IMG/VR virus record: IMGVR_UViG_3300032308_002775
Location: 64,001-128,000 of that record
Direction: 5' to 3' (one strand)
From: a virus
DNA: 64,000 nucleotides
The position numbers and the translations under genes were made by a program. The notes beneath the pieces were generated by a model. It saw only the letters and a program-made list of their open reading frames with translations, was not told the origin of the DNA and made no database searches. Shown in pieces: positions 56,018-64,000 of the stretch. The stretch's first letter is position 1; the number at the start of each line of letters is the position of its first letter.

Positions 56018-56286
56018 ACCTGTACATCCGACCCGACGGCACACTCCAGGCGATCTACGGCGAGGACGTCGATCTGGGCGCGCTTGGCGCCGTAAACGTC
56101 CGCCGCGCGTCTCATGTCGAGCCCGCGGCCAACGGACCGGGCTGGACTGCCGACCTTACCCCAGTCGGCGGTCCGGTCCTGGGGCCGTTCCAGAAACGCA
56201 GCGAGGCCCTGACGGCCGAGATCGCGTGGCTGGACACACGCCTGGCCAACGGACCAGTCACGGTCAGCGGAGGCGGCGGTGAGTAG
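56014..56286 (+). CDS. Conserved small protein ('RRASHVEP' family)
   Basis: IRPDGTLQAIYGE...RRASHVEP...WTADLTPVGGPVLGPF..RSEAL.AE..WL. SD GGAGG. Confidence 0.7.
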   Translation: MNLYIRPDGTLQAIYGEDVDLGALGAVNVRRASHVEPAANGPGWTADLTPVGGPVLGPFQKRSEALTAEIAWLDTRLANGPVTVSGGGGE

Positions 56287-56608
56287 CTGTGTGCCGTGGA
56301 CTTTTGAAGACTTCGAAGGCGACAATCCGTTTGAAAGCGCCGGTACGTTTGATTTCAACATCTGGTACGAGCTGGACTACCCAGACCCAGAGCAGCCTGC
56401 TTTTTACTCTGCAGATTTTGAGATCACTGGCGTCACCTGCACGCATGTAAAATTTGACGGTGGCGGTGACGTACGCCGGGCAACCGACGACGAAAACGAA
56501 CAGCTGGCCGACTGGTTCTCCAGCTATATCGACGGCCATCTCGACGAGTACGAGGCAATCAAGGACCACGCGTTTCAGTACAGTTTTGTGGACGCAGACG
56601 ACGAATAA
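56279..56608 (+). CDS. Acidic hypothetical protein
   Basis: GTG after GGAGG, 109 aa. Confidence 0.6.
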   Translation: MSSCVPWTFEDFEGDNPFESAGTFDFNIWYELDYPDPEQPAFYSADFEITGVTCTHVKFDGGGDVRRATDDENEQLADWFSSYIDGHLDEYEAIKDHAFQYSFVDADDE

Positions 56609-56665
56609 CGGTTTGCAACGCATCAACATGTAAACTGATAACGTTCCCCCGCTGGGAGAAACGTT

Positions 56666-57373
56666 ATGTTTACACGACTGTTGTTGCTGTTGTCGTTGAC
56701 GTTTGCTTGTCTCTCCGTTCCGGCCAACGAGCCGGAATTTTCGTTTCTGAAACCCGTGTGGGAGGAGAACGCGCAGCTGCCGCCCAGCCTGCGCTGCATC
56801 GAAGCTAGACTCGAGCGCAATCATGACCTGCGCGTCGAGGACCAGATCACCTGGGCGCACGAGGGCACGCACTACATCGACGCGCGCCTCAGTCGTTCTC
56901 CAGTGAGAGCCTTCTATTGCCTCCGCGGCAGGGTTGCGCGGTTTCGCAATCCTCGGATATCTATAACCCAAGTCGCGCGGGCCACACCGCCTGCGTTGCG
57001 AGGGACAATCTTCAACACGTATCTGAACAACCCAGACAAACGTGTGTGGGACGATGACCCGCTGTACGTCGTCCACGAATGGAACGCCTACACCAACGGC
57101 TCCCAGGTCCGCAAAGAGTTGGGCTGGGAACGTCGTGGTGAGACTTTGGCGCATATGGCGGAAATGGGGGTTTACGTCTCTGTCTTTGTTTCCTTGACAG
57201 AGTTGAAAGACCCTGCCTATGATCTCGGGCCTCTCGTGGCGTTTGTTCGATGGAACGCGTTGCGAGGGAAAGAGATCGCGGGCGACCAATGGAATGGTCT
57301 CCCGGCGTTCGTTGCGGCCGCACAGCAAGCGTATGCTCCGGCCTTGGATCTGATGTTTCTTGAAAAGGAGTGA
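56666..57373 (+). CDS. Secreted zinc metallopeptidase-like protein
   Basis: Signal peptide MFTRLLLLLSLTFACLSVPA, HEGTH (HExxH), downstream EWNAY. Confidence 0.6.
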   Translation: MFTRLLLLLSLTFACLSVPANEPEFSFLKPVWEENAQLPPSLRCIEARLERNHDLRVEDQITWAHEGTHYIDARLSRSPVRAFYCLRGRVARFRNPRISITQVARATPPALRGTIFNTYLNNPDKRVWDDDPLYVVHEWNAYTNGSQVRKELGWERRGETLAHMAEMGVYVSVFVSLTELKDPAYDLGPLVAFVRWNALRGKEIAGDQWNGLPAFVAAAQQAYAPALDLMFLEKE

Positions 57374-57376
57374 GTT

Positions 57377-57754
57377 ATGAAGTCTGTTTTCTTTGCCCTT
57401 GTTGCGATCGTCTGTGGTTCGGCTCTTGCCGGTGAGTCGGTGAGCGTGCTCAAGCACAGCGACACCGTTGCGACGACCCCTGCCCCCGCTGCCGCTGCGC
57501 CTGTCGCAGTTCCGGCCAACGAGGTGCTTGTCGTCGAGAGCCAGCCTGCACGGCAGATCGTGATTGTCGAGGGCGCCCCGCGGCGCTGCGTGAACGGCCG
57601 TTGCAGCACCAGCTCCCGCTCGGTCTGCACGGGCCCGAACTGCCAGAAGTACGTTGTGCAGGAAGACGCCACCGAAACCGTGCGAAAGCGCTGGTTTGGC
57701 GGCGGCTACGTGGTCCGGAACAACGCCCGTACGGTCGTCAAGCCGGTTCGCTGA
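57377..57754 (+). CDS. Secreted low-complexity protein with CxNGxC motif
   Basis: Signal peptide ending ALA. CVNGRC and CTGPNC. SD AAGGAG. Confidence 0.7.
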   Translation: MKSVFFALVAIVCGSALAGESVSVLKHSDTVATTPAPAAAAPVAVPANEVLVVESQPARQIVIVEGAPRRCVNGRCSTSSRSVCTGPNCQKYVVQEDATETVRKRWFGGGYVVRNNARTVVKPVR

Positions 57755-57781
57755 TTCGATCAGCCTGACAATCTCCTTGCC

Positions 57782-57823
57782 ACGGAGGGCGCATGGGTGT
57801 GTACCTGTGCGCCCTCCGTCTTT
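57782..57823 (+). terminator. 17-bp GTGT-loop hairpin
   Basis: ACGGAGGGCGCATGGGT-GTGT-ACCTGTGCGCCCTCCGT-CTTT. Confidence 0.65.
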
Positions 57824-57847
57824 ACACCCCCAACCCAAGACAAAATC

Positions 57848-58087
57848 ATGCCCACGTTTCGCATCAACGTGTCTGAACAGCACCACAAAGAATTCGTCGT
57901 CACCTGCGACGACCGCCGAAAGGCTGAGGAGCTAGCGGCCAGCATCTTGACTGACGGAGAAATAATGTCGGCCTTGACTACAAAGCCGATTCTTCGCACA
58001 CACGACTCTAAGTCGACTGACTGCCAGATCAACGAAGAGCCGACCGGTTACTACGACTCCGTAGTCGAAACCGCGCTCAACGGTTGA
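57848..58087 (+). CDS. Hypothetical protein
   Basis: MPTFRINVSEQ..., 79 aa. Confidence 0.55.
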   Translation: MPTFRINVSEQHHKEFVVTCDDRRKAEELAASILTDGEIMSALTTKPILRTHDSKSTDCQINEEPTGYYDSVVETALNG

Positions 58088-58110
58088 CCCCTTCTAACCC
58101 CAAGGACACC

Positions 58111-59652
58111 ATGGCACGACTGACCAAGCGCCAGAAGACGATCATTTCCGATGTCGTGAGCCGCTGGGCTCACACTATCAGCGGCACCGAGCCAGAAACC
58201 GTCGAGCGGGTGCAGGCCATTCTGGACCCGGTCTATCGCAGAGAGAAACTCATTCGCCACGTTAAGGTCAAGAAAAAGAAGAAGAACGACACCCGCTGGC
58301 GCGGCTGGCGCACGATTACAAAACGCCTGTCAGCGCCAAAGATCCACGTCGTTCACTCGCCGATCGCGTTCCGAATCGCCGCAGGTGTTCTCCGCGGGCG
58401 GCTTTCCAAGAAGCGCGCCAAAGAGATCTGCCAAGCTTTCGGCGTCACTGACACGTTTGTTGACGGTTTGAAACGGGACACGCTGTTCCGGACCCGCCAG
58501 GACCCGCACTGGTACCGAAACTGCTCAGCGCTGACTGAGGCGTGGGACGAGACGATGCGCGACCCGATTCGAGGAGCGCTCTTGGCCTTGTTTGACGAAG
58601 ACGAAAACGGCGTGTCGCAAAACGAGGCGCTGGCTCGCCGCGCTCGCCGAAGACGACGCGGCGAAACGCGCGCTGACGCAACCAGAGAACGATATCGCGC
58701 CATGTTCACCAAGATGTTTGGCGACCGCGTGCCCGCGTCGCGAAACCTGCTGAAACGAAATCTGGAAAACAACAACCTGTGGCAGGTAATGTTGCCAATT
58801 AACAGACAAAATTTTGGCGCAACAGATAGCCGCACTGCGCTGGGCAACTTCTGGCAGAACGAGAACGGCGGCGGTGCCTCACGCGAGCTGCTTGAAATTC
58901 CGCACAGCCCCGGCGAGCGCACGTCGCTGCACATTCGCCTGGAGTCCGCTACTCTGGATGAAAGCTGGACGACAACCGCCGTCGACGCTGAGATCATGTG
59001 CGCCGGATTGCAGTTTCGTGAACACACGCAAACTTGGCGCAATGACATGCTCCACGCAGCTTCGGTCGTGATGACGTTCCACACGCAGGCCCTGGTGTTG
59101 CTAGGCCGCCCTGCGCTGCACTGCAACCGGGAAGGCGAGCTGCACAACGATGAAGGTCCGGCCGTGGTCTACGCTGACGGCGCCAAGCAGTACTACCTCG
59201 ACGGTCATGCCCTGGGCGCACTCGGCGACAAGATCGTCGAAAAGCCCGAAACTCTCACGCTTGCCGACATTAACGGCGAGCGCAACGAAGAGGTCAAACG
59301 GCTGGCAATCTCGGCTTACGGCTGGTCGCGCTATCTCGACGAGATCGGCGCCGAGGTGATTGACCGGCGCCGAAACGACGTGGACAACACCGTCGAAGCG
59401 CTCGTTCGAATTGCGGAAAATGTCCCGTCGGCGCGTTGGGACAATTTTAATCGCCGCATGCTCGAAACCAACACCACGATTTACAAGAACAAGTTGGTAT
59501 TGGCTTGCCGCTCCACGGCGCGGCAATATTTCCTGTCCGTGCCTGATTTCATCAATACCTGCGAAGCGGGCCAGCAGTGGCTCCATGCAGGTGCAGCCAC
59601 CGATGTCGTGGACGTTATGAATCATCCCGTGCGCCTGATTGGCGCGTCCTGA
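58111..59652 (+). CDS. DUF6745-like protein
   Basis: LHNDEGPAVVYADG...ERNEEVKRLAI..YGWSRY...CRSTARQYFLSVP...TC.AGQQW. SD AAGGA. Confidence 0.65.
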   Translation: MARLTKRQKTIISDVVSRWAHTISGTEPETVERVQAILDPVYRREKLIRHVKVKKKKKNDTRWRGWRTITKRLSAPKIHVVHSPIAFRIAAGVLRGRLSKKRAKEICQAFGVTDTFVDGLKRDTLFRTRQDPHWYRNCSALTEAWDETMRDPIRGALLALFDEDENGVSQNEALARRARRRRRGETRADATRERYRAMFTKMFGDRVPASRNLLKRNLENNNLWQVMLPINRQNFGATDSRTALGNFWQNENGGGASRELLEIPHSPGERTSLHIRLESATLDESWTTTAVDAEIMCAGLQFREHTQTWRNDMLHAASVVMTFHTQALVLLGRPALHCNREGELHNDEGPAVVYADGAKQYYLDGHALGALGDKIVEKPETLTLADINGERNEEVKRLAISAYGWSRYLDEIGAEVIDRRRNDVDNTVEALVRIAENVPSARWDNFNRRMLETNTTIYKNKLVLACRSTARQYFLSVPDFINTCEAGQQWLHAGAATDVVDVMNHPVRLIGAS

Positions 59653-59672
59653 ACAGCAACCAAGGAGCTACC

Positions 59673-60236
59673 ATGAGCACCGCTACTCTCAAGAAGAGCC
59701 GCGTTTCCCAAACTCTCAGCCAGATCGCCGATGCGGTCGAGGCCGTCAAGAACGACGGTCTGCAGATCTTCAGCGAGGCCGCCAGTGTCGGCGACAGCCT
59801 CCGCCAGGGCGACGTCGTCCTGCAGTATCTCGGCAATAACGCCGCTATCCCCGCCCATATCTATCGCAAGCTCGACACGCCCGTCCTCCAGCTCGCTCCG
59901 GGCAGCAGCAAGGGCAGCCGCCACATCCTCTCCAGCGCCGAGGGCGTCGAGATGTGGGAGCCGGTTCCCACGGACGAGGCCTGCGCTCGGTACGTTTACG
60001 CGAAGCACGGCCAGAAGTTCCCCAAGGGCGCCGTTAGTTGGCATCTCGATCACGCCGAAGAGCGCGGCGCACTCGAGACGGCCATGGCGATGGCTGGTCC
60101 GATCTTCCAGCTCTCGCAGCCGACCGTGCTGACCCACCCCGAGCACGGCGACTGGCAGCTCCCCTGCGGCACCTACCGCGTGATCTTCCAGCGGACGCTG
60201 GATGAGCAGGAGCGGATCCAGCGGGTCCTCGACTGA
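59673..60236 (+). CDS. Conserved phage protein (RQGDV...HPEH family)
   Basis: LRQGDV...GSRHIL...LTHPEHGDWQLPCGTYRVIFQR. SD AAGGAG. Confidence 0.7.
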   Translation: MSTATLKKSRVSQTLSQIADAVEAVKNDGLQIFSEAASVGDSLRQGDVVLQYLGNNAAIPAHIYRKLDTPVLQLAPGSSKGSRHILSSAEGVEMWEPVPTDEACARYVYAKHGQKFPKGAVSWHLDHAEERGALETAMAMAGPIFQLSQPTVLTHPEHGDWQLPCGTYRVIFQRTLDEQERIQRVLD

Positions 60237-60255
60237 TCGATCGATAGATATCTTT

Positions 60256-60299
60256 GGGCGGGAGTCCGTGTGTACGGACTCCGCGTCCTCTCTCTCTTC
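60256..60299 (+). terminator. GTGT-loop hairpin with pyrimidine tract
   Basis: GGAGTCCGT-GTGT-ACGGACTCC, extendable stem, then CTCTCTCTCTTC. Confidence 0.6.
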
Positions 60300-60327
60300 A
60301 CGGCAGCGCACACCACCAGGAGTTTTT

Positions 60328-60615
60328 ATGGCAATTGCGCCTCTTCACGTTCAGGTCAAAAGCGGGCCAGACCAGACCGCTTACGATATTCATCATTTTA
60401 TTCCAACAGTTCGCGCGTCTTCGCCATCGCCGCTAGGCGCGCGGTATGACTACGTTGTGCTGTACGGCAACAAATATGACAGCCCAACGCAGGTTCGCAT
60501 ATTCGTGGATCATGCCGAAGTGCTGGAGCTCTACGACCAGCTCACGCCTATCGTCGAAAAATGGCGCGCGGGGCAGCTTGAAGTTGCGGCGGCTGGAGAG
60601 ACGGCGCCGGTATGA
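60328..60615 (+). CDS. Hypothetical protein
   Basis: SD AGGAG. MAIAPLHVQV... Confidence 0.6.
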   Translation: MAIAPLHVQVKSGPDQTAYDIHHFIPTVRASSPSPLGARYDYVVLYGNKYDSPTQVRIFVDHAEVLELYDQLTPIVEKWRAGQLEVAAAGETAPV

Positions 60616-61040
60616 GCAACACTGAAACAGACGAGTGGTTTGTCAATTATCAACGGCTTGCCGCAGAAAAAAAGCAGGCAGCCGCGGCCCAGCTTAAGGC
60701 CGCCTGCTCTCCGCTGGCGTCGATTGGAATTACACAGATCCACTGGGCGTACGACGGTGCGGGCGACTCCGGCGACATGGAAAGCCGAACGATCACGGAC
60801 GTCCACGGCAACTGCGCAGACGAGTACTACGCCGCTGCCGTCAAAGGCCTCAACCAGGAACTTCAGAAGCAGCTTGCGCTGGAAGAGCTTGAAAAAGCCG
60901 TGTGGGAACTGCTACCGGGTGGCTTCGAGATCAACGAAGGCAGCTACGGCGAGGTGATTCTCGACACAGCGCAGCAGAAGATCAGCGTGCATCACAACGC
61001 GCGCATCATAGAGACAGAGTATTCGGAACAAGAGTACTAA
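60612..61040 (+). CDS. DUF6878-like protein
   Basis: YDGAGDSGDME...GFEINEGSYGEV...HNARI. Confidence 0.7.
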   Translation: MSNTETDEWFVNYQRLAAEKKQAAAAQLKAACSPLASIGITQIHWAYDGAGDSGDMESRTITDVHGNCADEYYAAAVKGLNQELQKQLALEELEKAVWELLPGGFEINEGSYGEVILDTAQQKISVHHNARIIETEYSEQEY

Positions 61041-61447
61041 TGGCGCATCCGTACCATCACGCCGTCAGCTCTGCTCGCAAGTTTGGCGGCGTGCCCGAAG
61101 ACTACATCAAGTACCACGACTGGCTTGATGGGTCCAAGGCGCACGTCGCCGACTTCCGGCACCGCGCCCTCCGCCACCACACGGAGGGCATTTTCATGAT
61201 GGAGCAGCTGTTCGGCTCCACGATGACCAATTCCGACGGCCGCGTCGTGCCGGTGCGCTACATCGGCGAGCAGCACGTCAAAGAAGACCTGGGGCGCATT
61301 CCCACGGTCGCCGACTGGTTGCTCCACATCGAGCCCCAGCGCTGGATGCTCGGCCGCGGCAAAGACTTGGCCAAGCAGCTCAATGAGACCGCAGGCCCGA
61401 TTGACATTCCCCAGGAGGAACCGTGCCCGCCATCCGCCTCCGCGTGA
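61040..61447 (+). CDS. DUF6915-like His-rich protein
   Basis: MAHPYHHAVSSARKFGG.PEDY..YHDW.D.SK...DFRHRALRHH.EGIF...EQHVKEDLG.IPT..DWL. Confidence 0.75.
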   Translation: MAHPYHHAVSSARKFGGVPEDYIKYHDWLDGSKAHVADFRHRALRHHTEGIFMMEQLFGSTMTNSDGRVVPVRYIGEQHVKEDLGRIPTVADWLLHIEPQRWMLGRGKDLAKQLNETAGPIDIPQEEPCPPSASA

Positions 61448-61707
61448 CCGAAGACGAGCTCAAAGATATCAAACCCGATTCGCCGCTCTACAAGCGCGCG
61501 GCTGAAGAATTAGCCGAGTTTGCAAACGGCAAACCGTATCGCGAATATGCCCAGGCGCGCCTGCACCGCGACGGCGATCTAGAAATTGACGACGACGCCG
61601 CGGTCAGCCTGGGCGCCGACGACGGCGCATACATCATGTGCTGGAAATGGATCGCCAACGACACGATGCGCGCTGAGGGTTATTTGGAGACCACCGATGA
61701 CAATTAA
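61423..61707 (+). CDS. Hypothetical protein
   Basis: GTG after AGGAGG. DGDLEIDDDAAVS..DDGAYIMCWKW motif. Confidence 0.6.
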   Translation: MPAIRLRVTEDELKDIKPDSPLYKRAAEELAEFANGKPYREYAQARLHRDGDLEIDDDAAVSLGADDGAYIMCWKWIANDTMRAEGYLETTDDN

Positions 61708-61906
61708 CGAGGCAATTGAGAATCTCAAAGCCGCTAAAAAGCGCGGTGTAAAGAGCATCATTCTGGCCTACTGGGAAGCCGACCAGTTTCAGCGCCCAGA
61801 CGACGAGGCGTGGGAACACTCCGCAGAGTTAGTTGAGCGCAAAATGGACTGGTCCGGTACGCACGACGACCTGACTATGGTGCTAGACCTTTACACAAGC
61901 GAGTAA
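61697..61906 (+). CDS. Hypothetical protein
   Basis: SD GGAG. MTINEAIENL... Confidence 0.55.
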   Translation: MTINEAIENLKAAKKRGVKSIILAYWEADQFQRPDDEAWEHSAELVERKMDWSGTHDDLTMVLDLYTSE

Positions 61907-61909
61907 CAC

Positions 61910-62125
61910 ATGCCCTCACGCCCAATCGACTATTTCACCGACGAACTCGTCACGATCCTAGAGTTTCTTCGGGTCGCCGTAAAAGGCTTTCCCAAGACGA
62001 CCGACAAGATCCTGACCCACATGGACCTGTCTGACGAGGCTTTCATGGAAGCGGTTAACACGCTTGCCGCCGAGGTCAGCTTTGATTTTGACGATGACGG
62101 AACGGATGACGAGGACGACGAATGA
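61910..62125 (+). CDS. Small acidic protein
   Basis: 71 aa, tightly packed with neighbours. Confidence 0.55.
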   Translation: MPSRPIDYFTDELVTILEFLRVAVKGFPKTTDKILTHMDLSDEAFMEAVNTLAAEVSFDFDDDGTDDEDDE

Positions 62126-62370
62126 GCGCAAACGCAAAGAAACCTAGCAAAAAGCAGCGGGTAATCCAGGAGCTGCTGGACATGCGCGACCGCCTGGATG
62201 ACTTGCTCGCTGATCTGTGCCCGCCGTGCCCTGTGTGCTGCCCGCCGCGGTTTCCCCTGTCGCCGGGCGAGGTTGCCAACCACGGTACCGGCGACATCTT
62301 TGTGTGCGAGTATTGCTGGGGCCGCGGCTACAGAGAACCCGACGAGGTTGACGATGGCAAAGAAACCTAA
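62122..62370 (+). CDS. Small Cys-rich (Zn-binding) protein
   Basis: CPPCPVCC...CEYCWGRG. Confidence 0.55.
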   Translation: MSANAKKPSKKQRVIQELLDMRDRLDDLLADLCPPCPVCCPPRFPLSPGEVANHGTGDIFVCEYCWGRGYREPDEVDDGKET

Positions 62371-62548
62371 AAGCCCCGCAAAGCAGCTTAAAGACTGCCA
62401 GCAGCGCCTTAGCGACGCCCTGGACGTGCTGGAAAACATCAAATACGCAGCCGACAACGGCGATTGGGACATCCTGGACGCCGCGGCAATCGGAGCCGAG
62501 CGCGAACTGAAGCGCAACGGCCGCAACCTGGAGGAAGACGATGAATAA
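62354..62548 (+). CDS. Hypothetical protein
   Basis: SD GAGG. MAKKPKSPAK... Confidence 0.55.
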   Translation: MAKKPKSPAKQLKDCQQRLSDALDVLENIKYAADNGDWDILDAAAIGAERELKRNGRNLEEDDE

Positions 62549-62864
62549 TACCACCACCAAACGCACTCTTGCGGTGGAGATAGAGGTCGACGGCGACGCT
62601 GACGAATTACAGAAAACGATTGCCGGGCAGTTGACCGGGACCGACGCGTTCTTTGACGACTTCGGCTACGGCGCGTGGGGCGGATACGAAGGCCCGTTTC
62701 TTGTGGCGTGCACCGTTCGCGATGAACACGGCACGGTCTTGGCGCGTCGCGAGCAACGTGGCAAACCATGCGACGGTTGCGGCGATTTTCCGCTGCCAAT
62801 TGGCATAACCACGTGCGCGGCGTGCCAGACATTCAACGACAATCAGGAAAATGATGCCCCGTAA
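62541..62864 (+). CDS. Hypothetical protein with C-terminal Zn ribbon
   Basis: CDGC...CAAC. SD GGAGG. Confidence 0.6.
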   Translation: MNNTTTKRTLAVEIEVDGDADELQKTIAGQLTGTDAFFDDFGYGAWGGYEGPFLVACTVRDEHGTVLARREQRGKPCDGCGDFPLPIGITTCAACQTFNDNQENDAP

Positions 62865-63234
62865 CAGCAAACGCAGTGTCACAGTTCACCGGTTTCCAAC
62901 CGCGGAAGCCAACAAGTTCATCGAGATCCAGGTCGCCTATTGCGAGGGCGGCTCCAACTATTTCAACGGCGGCAACGATGCCCGCGCCTATTACATGCAC
63001 GTCACGCCGATCAAGATCGACCATTTCGAGGGTGCCGAAATCAAAAGCTACATGATGTTTCGTGGCTACAAGTCAAAGCTCGAGGACGCCAATCGGTTCA
63101 GCCAGAACAAGTTCTTGACGCTTGTTGAGCAATCGCGCTTGGATTGCGCAAACCAGGCAGACAACGTCATGAACATTGTCAACCGCGTTCTGGCCGAAGA
63201 GAAGCTCACGCTAGCCGAATCGGTGGCGGTGTGA
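62851..63234 (+). CDS. Hypothetical protein
   Basis: Y..GG.NYF.G....R.YY..V.P motif, RFSQNKF. Confidence 0.65.
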   Translation: MMPRNSKRSVTVHRFPTAEANKFIEIQVAYCEGGSNYFNGGNDARAYYMHVTPIKIDHFEGAEIKSYMMFRGYKSKLEDANRFSQNKFLTLVEQSRLDCANQADNVMNIVNRVLAEEKLTLAESVAV

Positions 63235-63596
63235 GCGAGGCCTACGCCCCGTTTTTGAAGACCGCCCGTTTTGATATCTTTCACCACCGCGTCGTGCGCA
63301 ACCCGGAATTGGGGGTGCCGCGCGACATGTATACCGCGTGGTTCCATTCCGAAGACGTGCCCAAACCGGTGTGCGTCGTCACGATCTACACGTACGAGTT
63401 ACTTGAACCAAAAGAGAATTCTCAGTTCAGCAGGTTTGTTGAATGGGTTGAAGTAACGTCTGATCATCGGCGAGAAGGAATCGCAACAGAGGTGTTGCGC
63501 GCGTTGCGTGACAAACTCGGCTATCTGAGCCTGAGCGGCGCCACCGACGAAGGCGAGGCTTTTGTCGCGGCCAAAGAGGAACTCATCAATGCTTAA
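63231..63596 (+). CDS. GNAT-like acetyltransferase
   Basis: FVEWVEVTSDHRREGIATEVL...TDEGEAF. Confidence 0.65.
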   Translation: MSEAYAPFLKTARFDIFHHRVVRNPELGVPRDMYTAWFHSEDVPKPVCVVTIYTYELLEPKENSQFSRFVEWVEVTSDHRREGIATEVLRALRDKLGYLSLSGATDEGEAFVAAKEELINA

Positions 63597-63629
63597 GTGC
63601 GCGGTCCAAAACCGCTGGGAGGCCACACA

Positions 63630-63941
63630 ATGAGTCAAGACCAACTAGAAGAATGGCAGCTCACGCTGTCGCCGACCCCCTGGCGCGGCGATCACGGCGA
63701 GATTTACGACGCCAACGACAACGTTGTTGTGTGCATGTACGTGCGCAACGAGAAATTTAACGTCGCCGACGAGCGGCTGATCGAGGCCGCGCCGATGTTC
63801 CTAGAAGCCGCCAGGTTGCTGGCAACACTGGAAAACAACGACGCGCACGACGCCGATACACGCTGGAAAACAGCACGAACTATGCTGCGAGCCGCGCTCG
63901 ACCGTGCAGAAGGGAGAACCGATGCCACAGCTGCGAGTTGA
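63630..63941 (+). CDS. Conserved phage hypothetical protein
   Basis: SPTPW...ADERLIEAAPMFLEA. SD GGAGG. Confidence 0.65.
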   Translation: MSQDQLEEWQLTLSPTPWRGDHGEIYDANDNVVVCMYVRNEKFNVADERLIEAAPMFLEAARLLATLENNDAHDADTRWKTARTMLRAALDRAEGRTDATAAS

Positions 63942-64000
63942 AGCCGATAACGGCTACGACGGAACCATCAATTACCACATTATTGAGTTTGCTGACGAGC
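63922..64000 (+). CDS. Hypothetical protein, 3'-truncated
   Basis: SD GGGAG. MPQLRVEADNGYDG... runs off the window. Confidence 0.45.
   Translation, partial: MPQLRVEADNGYDGTINYHIIEFADE

Overview
This 64 kb window is part of a large contractile-tailed (myovirus-like) dsDNA phage genome, read in the standard genetic code and almost entirely on the + strand. Bases 1-34.5 kb are a late structural operon: tail tube (partial), gp5/VgrG-like spike, tail chaperone with a candidate -1 frameshift, tape measure, baseplate hub, an embedded sigma-70-family factor, gp25/J/I-like wedge proteins, five tandem paralogous Cys-rich fibre/baseplate proteins, a GPT-collagen fibre, Ser/Cys-rich proteins and glycosyltransferases. 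Bases 34.5-64 kb hold many small early/middle genes: CsrA, a degenerate primase-helicase, a DenV-like glycosylase, a DUF5664-like diphosphohydrolase, two paralogous DNA-binding proteins and a DUF1257/DUF2997/Ycf46-AAA/DUF3150-like module. Three isolated minus-strand genes, including the terminase large subunit, are wedged into this region. Several gene families suggest a Planctomycetota host (inference). The most novel signals are: (i) a shared C-terminal RRR[VI]M tag around the AAA-ATPase module; (ii) all three minus-strand genes starting back-to-back with a plus-strand gene on CATG/CATATG; (iii) a repeated TTTCAC-N8-GTGAAA element; (iv) a family of hairpins with a conserved GTGT loop and several hairpins that bury ribosome-binding sites; (v) a probable glycosylated collagen fibre system. 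All family assignments come from motif recognition by eye, with no database search. No tRNA, CRISPR array, integrase or reverse transcriptase was seen.
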